In this document: in pieces, positions 13,105-25,993 of the stretch
How positions within the stretch are numbered: the first letter of the stretch is position 1
Layout of the letters: every line of letters starts with the position of its first letter
From: Aliivibrio fischeri ES114
GTDB lineage: Bacteria; Pseudomonadota; Gammaproteobacteria; Enterobacterales; Vibrionaceae
Length of the DNA stretch: 32,000 nucleotides
Reading direction: 5' to 3' (one strand)
Assembly (NCBI RefSeq): GCF_000011805.1
Contig: NC_006840.2
The notes under the pieces: model-generated
What the model saw: only the letters and a program-made list of their open reading frames with translations
Database searches by the model: none
Told to the model about the DNA's origin: nothing
Translations under genes and position numbers: made by a program

Positions 13105-13425
13105 TTACGCTTGCTCCATTGTACACAGCAGTGGGTGCTCATTATCACGCGAGTAAGTATTCACTTGCGCAACTTTAGTTTCAGCAACTTCAGCAGTGAA
13201 CGTCCCACATACTGCTTTCCCTTCATAATGCACTGTTAGCATTAATTGTGTTGCTTTTTCCAAATCCATGGAAAAAAATTTATCTAAAACTTCAACAACA
13301 AACTCCATTGGAGTGTAATCGTCATTATTTAAAACCACTTTATACATTGATGGCGGTCTTAACTCTGTTTTCTCTTGCTCCAAAACATCTGAATCAGGAG
13401 AAATCCATTCATATAGTTTACTCAT
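13105..13425 (-). CDS. clpS: ATP-dependent Clp protease adaptor ClpS
   Basis: [62 protein letters not shown]. Confidence 0.97.
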   Translation of the reverse strand: MSKLYEWISPDSDVLEQEKTELRPPSMYKVVLNNDDYTPMEFVVEVLDKFFSMDLEKATQLMLTVHYEGKAVCGTFTAEVAETKVAQVNTYSRDNEHPLLCTMEQA

Positions 13426-13823
13426 GTCGACAACTAAATTAGTAAAAAAATAATCTGATACTTCAAGGTATCCCCTTAATACTCAGACTAATCTAGACGA
13501 GAGATTACATCAAACAAAAGATACTATTTTAGAGTCTTTATCACTTATTTTTTAGTTAATTGAATAGAAAATCGTCGAAACAATAAATAAAGAATAGAGC
13601 CTTTTGCTCATGTTCTCCACTATATTTATCAATCTGATATTATTGACAAATATGTTAATCTTAAACGTGATATTGGGTATAATTGTTAAAAAAGTGACAA
13701 CTTTGTACTTGACTCACATTTTATATTTAATAGAGTGTACTTGTAGTGGTTATCAATTGAACAGATAAATGATTAATTCATAACCATTGTGCTAGGTAAT
13801 TAAAATGCAGAGGGATGTATAGC

Positions 13824-14045
13824 ATGGCAACAGGTACAGTAAAGTGGTTCAATAACGCCAAAGGGTTTGGCTTCATTTGTCCTGAAGGGGAGGATGGCGA
13901 TATTTTTGCTCATTACTCCACCATTGAAATGGAGGGATATCGAACTCTAAAAGCAGGACAAGCCGTCACTTACGAAATCCACGAAGGCCCAAAAGGTTTT
14001 CACGCAAGTGAAATTAAATTACTCGAAGGTGAAAACGCAAAGTAG
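13824..14045 (+). CDS. cspD: Cold-shock-domain protein CspD
   Basis: MATGTVKWFNNAKGFGFICPEGEDGDIFAHYS; divergent from clpS-clpA as expected for cspD; AGAGGGA SD before ATG at 13824. Confidence 0.93.
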   Translation: MATGTVKWFNNAKGFGFICPEGEDGDIFAHYSTIEMEGYRTLKAGQAVTYEIHEGPKGFHASEIKLLEGENAK

Positions 14046-14066
14046 CTGCTTTATTTTCAAGTTTAT

Positions 14067-14098
14067 AAAAAAGGTGAGTCAACATGCTCACCTTTTTT
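14067..14098 (+). terminator. Terminator downstream of cspD
   Basis: AAAAAAGGTGAG-TCAACATG-CTCACCTTTTTT. Confidence 0.85.
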
Positions 14099-14154
14099 GA
14101 ACCAATCGTTTCAAAACCACTCCAATCTTAATTCACTTCTGTTAGGTCACTATT

Positions 14155-14697
14155 TTGAAATATCTACTTACTTTCGTTCTACTTTTGACGTTAAACGGTT
14201 GTGTTACTGAAACACACCAAGAGAAAAGCACAGTAAATCTTGTGACAACAGGCGATATCAATACGGTAATAACGGGAAGAACTTTCTTTAGTTGGCATCC
14301 TGATATTAACGCCAACTACCTTAATAAAAAGTTAAATAAAAATGATACTGAAGAAAAATTCATTCTTGCTTTAAAAAATGAATTAAAGAAAAAAGGGTTT
14401 ACTTACACGGATGATCTACAAAAAGCCGATTTTTATATTGGCTATGGTTTAGGTATAGATACTAAGATCAGTGATGATCAAATTCTAAATAAAACAGGAT
14501 TATCCGCTGGTATAGAACCACATAGCATCGATGAAAATGACAGTGATAAAGCCAGTGTTTTTATTGCAATCTATTTACCAACCCAACTAACGCCGCAATG
14601 GACAATATTAGCCCAAGGCTATACAGATAGTGAGCAAACAGGTTCAATGGACGAATTGCTTCAGCTCATGTTTCACAGCTTAGAAGAGAAAAACTAA
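14155..14697 (+). CDS. Putative lipoprotein, possibly DUF4136-like
   Basis: MKYLLTFVLLLTLNGC signal with lipobox-like cysteine, then ADFYIGYGLGIDTK... and a C-terminal LLQLMFHSLEEK. The initiation codon is TTG with an AGGT-like SD nearby. Confidence 0.65.
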   Translation: MKYLLTFVLLLTLNGCVTETHQEKSTVNLVTTGDINTVITGRTFFSWHPDINANYLNKKLNKNDTEEKFILALKNELKKKGFTYTDDLQKADFYIGYGLGIDTKISDDQILNKTGLSAGIEPHSIDENDSDKASVFIAIYLPTQLTPQWTILAQGYTDSEQTGSMDELLQLMFHSLEEKN

Positions 14698-14703
14698 GCG
14701 TAA

Positions 14704-14726
14704 AAAGCAGCAAACATTGCTGCTTT
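14704..14726. terminator. Hairpin between the convergent lipoprotein gene and selO
   Basis: AAAGCAGCAA-ACA-TTGCTGCTTT. Confidence 0.6.
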
Positions 14727-14749
14727 ACTGCGTCACAAATTACTTTGCT

Positions 14750-16207
14750 CTATGATGAACAACTGATTTCCATTCTCTTTCCCCACTCTGGTGGTAATTC
14801 AGCATAACGCTCAAAGTCAGGATGTTCATCAAATGGCGATGCCAATAGCGTAGATAAAATTTTAACATCACTAAAATCCCCCTCATTTGCTTTAACAATT
14901 GCTTGTTGAGCTAAATAGTTTCTTAAAACATATTTCGGGTTCACTTTTCTCATTTTTGAGCAACGCATATCGAAGCTATCAACTTCTAACTTACATCGTG
15001 TTAGATACAAGTCTATCCATAATGTTGCCGCTTCTCTATCAACAAATAAATCAACTACCGTTTGTTTATCTTGGGAGTCTAGGTAAGACAACGCCCTCAT
15101 AAATCGAGTGTAATCCACTGCATTTTGTGACAGTAATTCGAACATAGATTCAAATAGACGGGTATCCCCTTCTTGTTTAGAAAGCAGCCCCAATTTTTTT
15201 CGCATCAATTGACTAAAATAATCATGCAATTTTATTTCATATTGCTCTAATGCTTTTTCTAAATCTGACTTATCAATTAATGGGGAAAGCGAATGTGCCA
15301 AGGCCGATAAGTTCCATAAGCCAATTCTAGGTTGTTGATTAAAGGCATAACGTCCTTGGTAGTCAGAATGGTTACAGATATAACCGGGCTCATAATCATC
15401 AAGAAAGCCAAAAGGACCATAATCGAACGTTTGGCCAATAATCGACATATTATCGGTATTCATAACACCATGGGCAAATCCCACAGCCTGCCATTGCGCA
15501 ATCATATAAGCAGTTCTATCTACAATATTATTAAACATTGCGAGATATGGTTTATCTTCACCTAAACAACAAGGGAAATGCCATTCAATCACTTTATCCG
15601 ATAATAACTTTAGCTCTTCCAATAAATTTGAATAAAACAAATGCTCAAAATGACCAAATCGAATATGAGTTTCAGCCATTCTAATGAGTAGAGCCCCAGT
15701 CTCATACCCTTCTCTAAATACCGGGGTATCACTCGTCATCATTCCTAATGCTCGTGTCGTAGGAATACCAAGCCCAGCCATCGCTTCACTACATAAATAC
15801 TCACGAATTGTAGAGCGTAATACAGCTCGGCCATCACCAGAACGAGAATAAGGCGTTAAACCAGCTCCTTTTAAATGAAGATCAAAACTATTCCCTTTTT
15901 TATCTTTTATTTCTGCTAATAAAAGTCCTCTTCCATCACCAAGGTCTGGGTTATAACAACCAAATTGATGCCCTGCATATTTCATGGCTAGTGGAGAAAA
16001 AACGGACGGCACTGTCTCACCCGAAAACGCATCTAACAGCTCAGAATGATTATGTACGTTCTCAGGTAAATCAAACTGTTTAGCTAATTCACTATTCCAT
16101 ATAAGCCAACGAGAATTATCTAAGGGGGTCGGTTGTACATACGTGAAAAAACAGCGAGGCAATCTTGAATAGCGAGTAGTAATTGAAAGTGAATTCCAAA
16201 AAGACAT
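14750..16207 (-). CDS. selO: Protein adenylyltransferase SelO (YdiU)
   Basis: [80 protein letters not shown]; ends in CSS (Cys where eukaryotic SelO has Sec). Confidence 0.96.
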   Translation of the reverse strand: MSFWNSLSITTRYSRLPRCFFTYVQPTPLDNSRWLIWNSELAKQFDLPENVHNHSELLDAFSGETVPSVFSPLAMKYAGHQFGCYNPDLGDGRGLLLAEIKDKKGNSFDLHLKGAGLTPYSRSGDGRAVLRSTIREYLCSEAMAGLGIPTTRALGMMTSDTPVFREGYETGALLIRMAETHIRFGHFEHLFYSNLLEELKLLSDKVIEWHFPCCLGEDKPYLAMFNNIVDRTAYMIAQWQAVGFAHGVMNTDNMSIIGQTFDYGPFGFLDDYEPGYICNHSDYQGRYAFNQQPRIGLWNLSALAHSLSPLIDKSDLEKALEQYEIKLHDYFSQLMRKKLGLLSKQEGDTRLFESMFELLSQNAVDYTRFMRALSYLDSQDKQTVVDLFVDREAATLWIDLYLTRCKLEVDSFDMRCSKMRKVNPKYVLRNYLAQQAIVKANEGDFSDVKILSTLLASPFDEHPDFERYAELPPEWGKRMEISCSS

Positions 16208-16275
16208 AAGAGTAATCCATTAACTATGCAATGAACTAACGCTAGCATATTGATAAATAATATGACAGAAATGAA

Positions 16276-16311
16276 AAAAGCCGCACTAACCATAAGGTTA
16301 ATGCGGCTTTT
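16276..16311 (-). terminator. Terminator downstream of tRNA-Arg
   Basis: Minus strand AAAAGCCGCA...TGCGGCTTTTTT, 10-bp outer stem with additional inner pairing. Confidence 0.8.
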
Positions 16312-16318
16312 CCAATTT

Positions 16319-16395
16319 TGGCGCGCCCTGTAGGATTCGAACCTACGACCACATCCTTAGAAGGGACGTGCTCTATCCAGCTGAGCTAAGGGCGC
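16319..16395 (-). tRNA. tRNA-Arg (anticodon TCT), CCA encoded
   Basis: Minus strand GCGCCCTTAGCTCAGCTGGATAGAGCACGTCCCTTCTAAGGATGTGGTCGTAGGTTCGAATCCTACAGGGCGCGCCA; acceptor, D, anticodon and T stems all pair by hand, anticodon loop CTTCTAA. Confidence 0.96.
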
Positions 16396-16662
16396 TTTGT
16401 GTGGTAGGATTATACGAATATCCGAAATCAGATCAATCCTTTTCTTATCATTATCTTACTGAGTGATGAAAAATGAGTCACTTTGCTCACTTTATAGCAA
16501 CAAGAAAACCATTCTGAATAAAAAACCTACAAATATCATTGATATTACAATGTTTTGGTACTTAAAAAACCCCCGAACGCAAACGTTTGCTCTATAGCTA
16601 TTCTGAATTAATTCTGCGACAATACTTAGGTCAACCAGTAACTGCCCTTTAGAAGGATCACT

Positions 16663-17520
16663 ATGACCGCTCAAATTATCGATGGAAAACTCATTTCTCA
16701 AACCGTTCGCTCTGAAGTCGGGGCTCGTGTTAAAGCTCGTGTAGAAGCAGGATTACGTGCTCCAGGCCTTGCAGTTGTATTAGTTGGACAAGACCCTGCA
16801 TCTCAAGTTTATGTAGGTAGTAAACGTCGTGCCTGTGAAGAAGTCGGTTTCGTTTCAAAGTCATATGACCTTCCAACGACCACATCTGAATCAGAACTTC
16901 TTAACCTAATTGATGAGTTAAACCAAGATCCTGAAATTGATGGTATTTTGGTTCAATTGCCTCTTCCAGCAGGAATGGATAGCACTAAAATTTTAGAGCA
17001 TATCGATCCTGAAAAAGACGTTGATGGTTTCCACCCATATAACGTAGGTCGATTATCACAACGTATTCCAAAACTGCGTTCTTGTACACCAAAAGGGATC
17101 ATCACTCTACTTGACCGCTACAACATTCAAGTTCGTGGCATGCATGCCGTTGTTGTTGGTGCTTCAAATATTGTTGGTCGACCAATGACACTTGAATTAC
17201 TTCTTGCTGGTTGTACTACCACCACTTGTCATCGCTTTACAAAAGATTTGGAAAGCCATATTCGTCAAGCTGATTTGGTTGTGGTCGCCGTCGGTAAACC
17301 AAATTTCATTCCAGGTGAATGGATTAAAGAAGGTGCTGTCGTTGTTGATGTAGGTATTAATCGACTGGATTCAGGTAAGTTAATTGGCGATGTCGAGTAT
17401 GACGTAGCCAAAACAAAAGCAAGCTATATTACTCCAGTACCAGGTGGAGTTGGTCCAATGACAGTAGCGACGCTTATCGAAAACACCCTACTTGCCTGTG
17501 AGCAATACCACAGCAAATAA
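16663..17520 (+). CDS. folD: Bifunctional methylenetetrahydrofolate dehydrogenase / cyclohydrolase
   Basis: [88 protein letters not shown]. Confidence 0.98.
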   Translation: MTAQIIDGKLISQTVRSEVGARVKARVEAGLRAPGLAVVLVGQDPASQVYVGSKRRACEEVGFVSKSYDLPTTTSESELLNLIDELNQDPEIDGILVQLPLPAGMDSTKILEHIDPEKDVDGFHPYNVGRLSQRIPKLRSCTPKGIITLLDRYNIQVRGMHAVVVGASNIVGRPMTLELLLAGCTTTTCHRFTKDLESHIRQADLVVVAVGKPNFIPGEWIKEGAVVVDVGINRLDSGKLIGDVEYDVAKTKASYITPVPGGVGPMTVATLIENTLLACEQYHSK

Positions 17521-17547
17521 CTTTTAATAGTTACAAAACTATCAATT

Positions 17548-17576
17548 AGCGAGCAATTTTACTGCTCGCTTTTTTA
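17548..17576 (+). terminator. Terminator downstream of folD
   Basis: AGCGAGCA-ATTTTAC-TGCTCGCTTTTTT. Confidence 0.88.
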
Positions 17577-17705
17577 TATCTGCGCTTCCCCACACTTCTT
17601 GACCAAATTTCACTCTATTTTCAGTTTTTTCTTGGACAAAATAAGCATTTAGTTACTAGGCTTAGTATGCGTAATTTAAAAAACGGATGACAAGAGGAAA
17701 TGGAT

Positions 17706-19640
17706 ATGAGTATTTTTGACCACTATCAAGCCCGTTATGAAGCGGCAAAAGATGAAGAGATGTCACTGCAAGATTTCTTATCACTATGTAGTAATGACAA
17801 AAGTGCTTATGCTAATGCAGCAGAAAGACTACTGCTAGCCATTGGAGAGCCTGAGATCATCGATACTGCACTTGATCCGCAACTCAGTCGCATTTTCTCT
17901 AATCGTGTTATTTCTCGCTATGAAACCTTCAAAGATTTCTATGGTATGGAAGAACCAATAGAACAAATTGTTTCTTACTTAAAGCATGCTGCTCAAGGTC
18001 TTGAAGAGCGTAAGCAAGTGCTTTATTTATTAGGCCCAGTAGGCGGTGGTAAGTCTTCACTTGCTGAAAAACTAAAAAGCTTAATGCAAAAATTACCTAT
18101 TTATGTACTTAGCGCAAATGGGGAACGCAGCCCAGTTAACGATCACCCTTTCTGTTTATTTGATGTCTATGAAGATGGTGAACTACTCAAAAACGAGTAC
18201 GGTATTGAACCACGTAACCTACGCTCCATTATGTCTCCTTGGGCAGCAAAACGACTGCATGAATTTGGTGGCGACATAACAAAATTTAAAGTCATTAAAG
18301 TTCACCCATCGATTCTTGACCAAATTGGTATCGCGAAAACGGAACCTGGCGATGAAAATAATCAAGACATTTCCTCTCTTGTAGGTAAGGTCGATATTCG
18401 TCAATTAGAGCATTTCGCCCAAGATGATCCTGATGCTTATAGCTATTCGGGGTCACTATGTAAAGCGAACCAAGGCCTAATGGAATTCGTAGAGATGTTT
18501 AAGGCTCCGATTAAAGTGCTTCATCCTCTTTTAACTGCAACCCAAGAAGGTAACTTTAATGGGACAGAAGGACTGTCAGCGTTACCATTTGATGGGATGA
18601 TCCTTGCTCACTCAAACGAATCAGAGTGGCAAACGTTCCGAAATAACAAAAACAACGAAGCCTTTTTAGATAGGGTTTATATCGTAAAAGTCCCTTATTG
18701 TTTACGTGTATCGGAAGAAATGAAGATATACCAAAAACTACTAGAACACAGTGAATTGTCTCATGCTCCTTGCTCTCCTAGTACATTGGATATTCTGGCG
18801 CAATTCTCAATATTATCGCGTCTAAAAGAACCAGAGAATTCATCTCTCTTCTCTAAAATGCGAGTTTATGACGGTGAAACCCTAAAAGACACCGATCCAA
18901 AAGCCAAAAGTTACCAAGAGTATCGAGATTTTGCTGGTGTTGATGAAGGTATGTCAGGCTTATCAACTCGATTCGCCTTTAAGATCCTCTCTCGTGTATT
19001 TAACTTTGATCAAACCGAAGTCGCAGCCAACCCTGTTCATCTTTTTTATGTAATAGAACAACAAATAGAAAGAGAGCAATTTGCGCAAGACATTGCAGAT
19101 AAATACACCGAGTTCTTAAAAGGGTTCCTAATCCCTAAATATGTCGAGTTTATCGGAAAAGAAATTCAAACCGCTTATCTTGAATCTTATTCAGAATATG
19201 GTCAGAACATTTTCGACCGTTACGTAACCTATGCTGATTTTTGGATTCAAGATCAAGAGTATCGTGACCCTGAAACTGGCCAATTATTTGACCGTTCAGC
19301 ACTTAACGATGAATTAGAAAAAATAGAAAAAACAGCCGGGATCAGCAATCCAAAAGATTTCCGTAATGAAATCGTGAATTTTGTTCTTAGAGCAAAAGCA
19401 AACAACAACGGACAAAACCCAACCTGGACCAGTTACGAAAAACTGCGTGTAGTTATTGAGAAGAAAATGTTCTCCAATACAGAAGATCTTCTTCCAGTTA
19501 TCTCCTTTAACGGAAAAACCTCAACCGACGATCAGAAAAAACATGATGATTTTGTAGCTCGAATGATGGAAAAAGGCTACACCAAAAAACAAGTAAGACT
19601 ATTAGCTGAATGGTACTTACGTGTTCGTAAATCATCATAA
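17706..19640 (+). CDS. yeaG: PrkA/YeaG family serine protein kinase
   Basis: YLLGPVGGGKSSLAEKLKSLMQ P-loop, PrkA-type AAA and C-terminal kinase-like region. ATG at 17706 has better SD spacing than 17700. Confidence 0.95.
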   Translation: MSIFDHYQARYEAAKDEEMSLQDFLSLCSNDKSAYANAAERLLLAIGEPEIIDTALDPQLSRIFSNRVISRYETFKDFYGMEEPIEQIVSYLKHAAQGLEERKQVLYLLGPVGGGKSSLAEKLKSLMQKLPIYVLSANGERSPVNDHPFCLFDVYEDGELLKNEYGIEPRNLRSIMSPWAAKRLHEFGGDITKFKVIKVHPSILDQIGIAKTEPGDENNQDISSLVGKVDIRQLEHFAQDDPDAYSYSGSLCKANQGLMEFVEMFKAPIKVLHPLLTATQEGNFNGTEGLSALPFDGMILAHSNESEWQTFRNNKNNEAFLDRVYIVKVPYCLRVSEEMKIYQKLLEHSELSHAPCSPSTLDILAQFSILSRLKEPENSSLFSKMRVYDGETLKDTDPKAKSYQEYRDFAGVDEGMSGLSTRFAFKILSRVFNFDQTEVAANPVHLFYVIEQQIEREQFAQDIADKYTEFLKGFLIPKYVEFIGKEIQTAYLESYSEYGQNIFDRYVTYADFWIQDQEYRDPETGQLFDRSALNDELEKIEKTAGISNPKDFRNEIVNFVLRAKANNNGQNPTWTSYEKLRVVIEKKMFSNTEDLLPVISFNGKTSTDDQKKHDDFVARMMEKGYTKKQVRLLAEWYLRVRKSS

Positions 19641-19770
19641 AAATAAACAGGACGTTACAGCCCATAGCTGATTATGGGCTGATCTAATAACATTTTAGCT
19701 AATTTGTTGTCTATATAAGTAAGTTCCTTTAGACAATCGCTAAGGTGATATGAATCAGGAGGGCAATATT

Positions 19771-21042
19771 ATGGCTCAATTTATTGACCGAAGGTTGAAT
19801 GGTAAAAAGAAAAGTACCGTCAATAGACAGCGCTTTATTCGTCGCCATAAAGACCAAATAAAACGTGCGGTTTCTGATGCTGTAAATCAACGTTCAGTAA
19901 CCAATACAGAAAGTGGTGAAAGTATCTCTATTCCAAAGGGAGATATATCTGAGCCTGTTTTTCATCAAGGTCAAGGTGGTATTCGTGAACGTGTATTACC
20001 CGGCAATGACCAATTTATTAAAGGTGATAAAATTGAACGCCCTCAAGGAGGAAATGGTGGCGGAGGTGCTGGTGATGGAGATGCCAGTGCGGATGGCGAA
20101 GGTCAAGACGACTTTATTTTTCAAATTTCGAAAGATGAATACCTTGATATTCTTTTTGAAGAGCTTGAATTGCCTAACCTTGAGAAAAACCAAGTTCAAA
20201 AAATAACAGAATGGGAAACCCATCGAGCAGGTTATCAAACCGCCGGTGTCCCTTCTAATATTGATATCGTCCGTTCTCTACAGCAATCACTTGCTCGTAG
20301 AACTGCCATGACAGCGGGTAAAAAACGATTACTCTCCGAATTAGAACAAGAATTAGAAACCATTAAAAACAGCGAACCAAGTCAACCGCTTGCAGTTCGT
20401 AAAATGCAGGAACAAATAGAAGAGCTTCGAGAAAGAATCAAACATGTTCCTTATATTGACTCATTTGATTTGCGTTATAAAAACTACGAGCGAACCCCTA
20501 TCCCATCCAGTCAAGCGGTAATGTTTTGCTTAATGGATGTATCTGGGTCTATGGATCAAGCAACCAAAGACATCGCAAAACGTTTTTATGTCCTGCTTTA
20601 TCTCTTTTTAACTCGAACTTATGAAAACGTAGAAGTCGTTTTTATTCGCCACCATACTCAGGCGAAAGAAGTAAATGAACACGATTTCTTTTACTCTCAA
20701 GAAACCGGTGGGACCATGGTTTCAAGCGCATTGAAACTCATGAGAGACATCGTTGCTGAACGTTTTCCTGCAAATGAGTGGAATATTTATGCCGCACAAG
20801 CCTCTGATGGTGATAATTGGGCTGATGACTCACCAAAATGTAAAGAGCTGCTGACGTCATCCATTCTTCCAACTTGCCAATATTACTCATATATCGAAAT
20901 CACAAAACGTCATCACCAAACATTGTGGACTGAGTACGACAAGTTGGCACAAGGCTTTGATAATTTTGCCATGAAAAATATTCGTTCCGTTGAAGATATT
21001 TACCCAATATTCAGAGAATTATTTCAAAAGCAGCTGGCTTAA
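19771..21042 (+). CDS. yeaH: YeaH/YhbH (UPF0229) family protein with VWA-like domain
   Basis: [34 protein letters not shown]..., [23 protein letters not shown]; start at 19771 preceded by CAGGAGGG. Confidence 0.95.
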   Translation: MAQFIDRRLNGKKKSTVNRQRFIRRHKDQIKRAVSDAVNQRSVTNTESGESISIPKGDISEPVFHQGQGGIRERVLPGNDQFIKGDKIERPQGGNGGGGAGDGDASADGEGQDDFIFQISKDEYLDILFEELELPNLEKNQVQKITEWETHRAGYQTAGVPSNIDIVRSLQQSLARRTAMTAGKKRLLSELEQELETIKNSEPSQPLAVRKMQEQIEELRERIKHVPYIDSFDLRYKNYERTPIPSSQAVMFCLMDVSGSMDQATKDIAKRFYVLLYLFLTRTYENVEVVFIRHHTQAKEVNEHDFFYSQETGGTMVSSALKLMRDIVAERFPANEWNIYAAQASDGDNWADDSPKCKELLTSSILPTCQYYSYIEITKRHHQTLWTEYDKLAQGFDNFAMKNIRSVEDIYPIFRELFQKQLA

Positions 21043-21052
21043 GGAGGCAATG

Positions 21053-22570
21053 ATGAAAAGGACGACAAAGCTACCTGATGGGCCAGATTGGACCTTTCAA
21101 ATGCTTGAAGAATATCATGTAGAAATTAAGCGTGTTGCCGAGCATTACCGTTTGGATACTTACCCAAACCAAATCGAGATCATCACAGCTGAACAAATGA
21201 TGGATGCTTACTCTAGTGTTGGTATGCCTATTAATTATCATCACTGGTCATTTGGTAAAAAATTCATCCAAACAGAACAAAACTATAAGCATGGTCAAAT
21301 GGGACTCGCTTATGAAATCGTTATTAACTCCTCCCCTTGTATTGCCTATTTAATGGAAGAGAACACCATTACAATGCAAGCCTTAGTCATGGCACATGCT
21401 TGCTATGGTCATAACTCATTTTTTAAAGGTAATTACCTATTTCAAACTTGGACAGACGCCAGTTCGATTGTCGATTATTTATTGTTTGCACAGCAATACT
21501 TAACCAAGTGTGAAGAAAAATACGGTGTTGATGAAGTAGAAAAAATTCTCGATTCTTGTCATGCCTTAATGAACTATGGCGTAGATAGATATAAACGCCC
21601 TGAAAAAATCTCAATAGCAGAAGAAAAAATTCGTCAAGAAGACAGAGAAGCCTATCTTCAATCTCAAGTAAATGACCTATGGCGAACCGTTCCAAAATCA
21701 AAAGAAGAAAGTAACGAAGAAAAAATTCGCTTCCCATCAGAACCACAAGAAAACATTCTTTATTTTATTGAGAAGCACGCCCCACTCCTTGAGTCATGGC
21801 AACGAGAGATTGTTCGGATTGTACGAAAAATTAGCCAGTACTTTTATCCACAAAAACAAACCCAAGTAATGAATGAGGGTTGGGCAACCTTTTGGCACTA
21901 TACGATCCTTAACCACCTTTATGACGAAGGGTTAGTGTCTGAAAAGTTTATTCTAGAGTTCTTACACAGCCACACAAATGTTGTTGCTCAACCGAGTTAT
22001 AACAGTCCTTATTACGGCGGAATTAATCCTTATGCTCTTGGTTTCGCTATGTTCCAAGATATTCGTAGAATATGTGAAGAACCGACAGATGAAGACAGAG
22101 AGTGGTTTCCTGATTTAGCAGGAACCGATTGGTTAGATGCCGTACATTTTGCTATGCATAATTTTAAAGATGAGAGTTTCATTAGCCAATACTTATCACC
22201 CAAGTTAATACGAGAGTTTAAACTGTTCTCCATCTTAGATAATGATAAAAACAAACATATTGAAGTCAGCGCAATTCATGATGATACAGGCTATCGTGAA
22301 ATCAGAGAGAAGCTTGCTGCTCAATATAACTTAAGTAACCTAGAGCCGAATATACAAGTATGGAATGTAGATGTACGAGGTGATCGTTCGATGATTCTAC
22401 GCCATATTCCTCATAATCGTATTCCTTTAGATAAAAGCCATGAAGAAGTAATGAAGCATCTTCATCGTTTGTGGGGATTTGATGTGATTTTGGAAGAAGT
22501 GATTTCATTTAATCGAGCAGAAATAATATCTTCTTGCCCGAAGCGTAATTACTACAATACGAGTATTTAA
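21053..22570 (+). CDS. ycgB: SpoVR family protein (YcgB)
   Basis: LPDGPDWTFQMLEEYHVEIKRVAEHYRLDTYPNQIEIITAEQMMDAYSSVGMPINYHHWSFGK; SD AAGGAGG at 21041. The listed 20990 start overlaps yeaH. Confidence 0.95.
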   Translation: MKRTTKLPDGPDWTFQMLEEYHVEIKRVAEHYRLDTYPNQIEIITAEQMMDAYSSVGMPINYHHWSFGKKFIQTEQNYKHGQMGLAYEIVINSSPCIAYLMEENTITMQALVMAHACYGHNSFFKGNYLFQTWTDASSIVDYLLFAQQYLTKCEEKYGVDEVEKILDSCHALMNYGVDRYKRPEKISIAEEKIRQEDREAYLQSQVNDLWRTVPKSKEESNEEKIRFPSEPQENILYFIEKHAPLLESWQREIVRIVRKISQYFYPQKQTQVMNEGWATFWHYTILNHLYDEGLVSEKFILEFLHSHTNVVAQPSYNSPYYGGINPYALGFAMFQDIRRICEEPTDEDREWFPDLAGTDWLDAVHFAMHNFKDESFISQYLSPKLIREFKLFSILDNDKNKHIEVSAIHDDTGYREIREKLAAQYNLSNLEPNIQVWNVDVRGDRSMILRHIPHNRIPLDKSHEEVMKHLHRLWGFDVILEEVISFNRAEIISSCPKRNYYNTSI

Positions 22571-22591
22571 ATACTGAAATAGACATAACAA

Positions 22592-22623
22592 AAAGCCTTG
22601 AGGTATCACTACCTCAAGGCTTT
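22592..22623. terminator. Bidirectional terminator between ycgB and the isocitrate dehydrogenase gene
   Basis: AAAGCCTTGAGGTA-TCAC-TACCTCAAGGCTTT, perfect 14-bp stem. Confidence 0.85.
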
Positions 22624-22650
22624 ATTATATCAATCTAATGCATTAATCAA

Positions 22651-24879
<2,229 letters not shown>

Positions 24880-24951
24880 TTAATTTCCCTATTTAATCCA
24901 CAAAACCCACAACAAAACGTATAATAGGTTCTGTAATTTACCGACTTTGAT

Positions 24952-24983
24952 ACCAATTCTAATCATTCATTACATTGGTATTA
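24952..24983. repeat. Inverted repeat with arms ATACCAAT / ATTGGTAT and a 16-nt spacer
   Basis: Direct inspection of the icd/rluE divergent intergenic region; arm sequence resembles the 2041-2081 palindrome. Confidence 0.6.
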
Positions 24984-25083
24984 TTTTTATTAGTCTCTTG
25001 TTTCACGCGCACACTATAGCGAAAAGCGGTGAACTTTAAAACTAAACACCACAAAAGCTTTACAAATCTGCAAGGTAGTTAAC

Positions 25084-25704
25084 ATGACATTCAAACGCTC
25101 CCCTAATTGGAAAAAACCGGCTTTTAAGAAAAAAAACACACAAAAGCCACGCCCTGCACCTAAAGATCGTAAAGTTATTATCTTTAATAAACCTTTTGAT
25201 GTATTGAGTCAATTTACTGATGACCAACATCGCCAGACCCTCGCAGATTTTATTTCTGTTAAAGACGTTTATGCTGCAGGCCGTCTTGATCGCGATAGCG
25301 AAGGTTTATTAATTTTAACTAATGATGGAGTGTTACAAGCTCGATTAACTCAACCAGAATCTAAATCACCAAAAACGTATTGGGTACAAGTTGAAGGCGC
25401 ACCTACTGAAGATGATTTAGATAAATTACGTCAAGGGGTTGAGCTAAAAGATGGCATGACGTTGCCAGCAAAAGTAGAAATCATACCGGAACCAAACGTG
25501 TGGGAACGCAATCCACCTGTTCGTTTTCGTGCCGCTATTCCAACAACATGGATTTCAATTACGATCACTGAAGGTCGTAACCGACAAGTTCGCCGTATGA
25601 CAGCAAACATTGGTTTCCCTACCTTACGCTTAATACGCTATTCAATGGGAGATTGGACAATAAAAGATGTGGCTCACGGCACTTGGAAAGAAGTATCACT
25701 TTAA
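25084..25704 (+). CDS. rluE: 23S rRNA pseudouridine(2457) synthase RluE
   Basis: [72 protein letters not shown]; a short RsuA-family protein. Confidence 0.9.
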   Translation: MTFKRSPNWKKPAFKKKNTQKPRPAPKDRKVIIFNKPFDVLSQFTDDQHRQTLADFISVKDVYAAGRLDRDSEGLLILTNDGVLQARLTQPESKSPKTYWVQVEGAPTEDDLDKLRQGVELKDGMTLPAKVEIIPEPNVWERNPPVRFRAAIPTTWISITITEGRNRQVRRMTANIGFPTLRLIRYSMGDWTIKDVAHGTWKEVSL

Positions 25705-25806
25705 AAACAATAAATTAAATTGTAATAAAAACGTTAATTTTACTATCTGTTTACTGCTTTTTAAATTAGACTGACTACATTAATTATAAAAAATAAAGGG
25801 ATCATT

Positions 25807-25980
25807 ATGAACACTATGATTAAAGCAGTAGGACTCACTAGCGTACTCTTGCTTAGTGCTTGTGCTCCAGCAGATAGAGCTGATATTAACTCAACAGAAT
25901 TGACTAATGAGCATTATAAAAATCAAGAAAAGCAGCAGCAAAACTGTATGCTAACTGGTGAAATTGGCTGTGCTGACTAA
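25807..25980 (+). CDS. Small predicted lipoprotein (57 aa)
   Basis: MNTMIKAVGLTSVLLLSACAPADRADINSTELTNEHYKNQEKQQQNCMLTGEIGCAD*, lipobox LLSAC; followed by a strong terminator. Below the ORF-track size cutoff. Confidence 0.75.
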   Translation: MNTMIKAVGLTSVLLLSACAPADRADINSTELTNEHYKNQEKQQQNCMLTGEIGCAD

Positions 25981-25993
25981 CGTATGACTTTAT

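Noticed and set aside
14750-16207. Possible selenoprotein (SelO) with a Sec codon
   Set aside because: The C-terminus reads ...ISCSS followed by a stop; Cys occupies the Sec position as usual for bacterial SelO, so no recoding is required.
16319-16395. tRNA-Arg as an integration site for a mobile element
   Set aside because: tRNA-Arg genes are common attachment sites, but both flanks carry housekeeping genes (selO and folD) and no integrase or repeated tRNA 3' end was seen.
19913-20238. 97-aa and 80-aa ORFs overlapping yeaH
   Set aside because: Out-of-frame or antisense to the well-supported yeaH frame.
20990-21052. Extended N-terminus of the SpoVR-like protein overlapping yeaH
   Set aside because: A strong AAGGAGG sits just before ATG 21053 and the family sequence begins there; the extra 21 residues are from a fortuitous upstream start.
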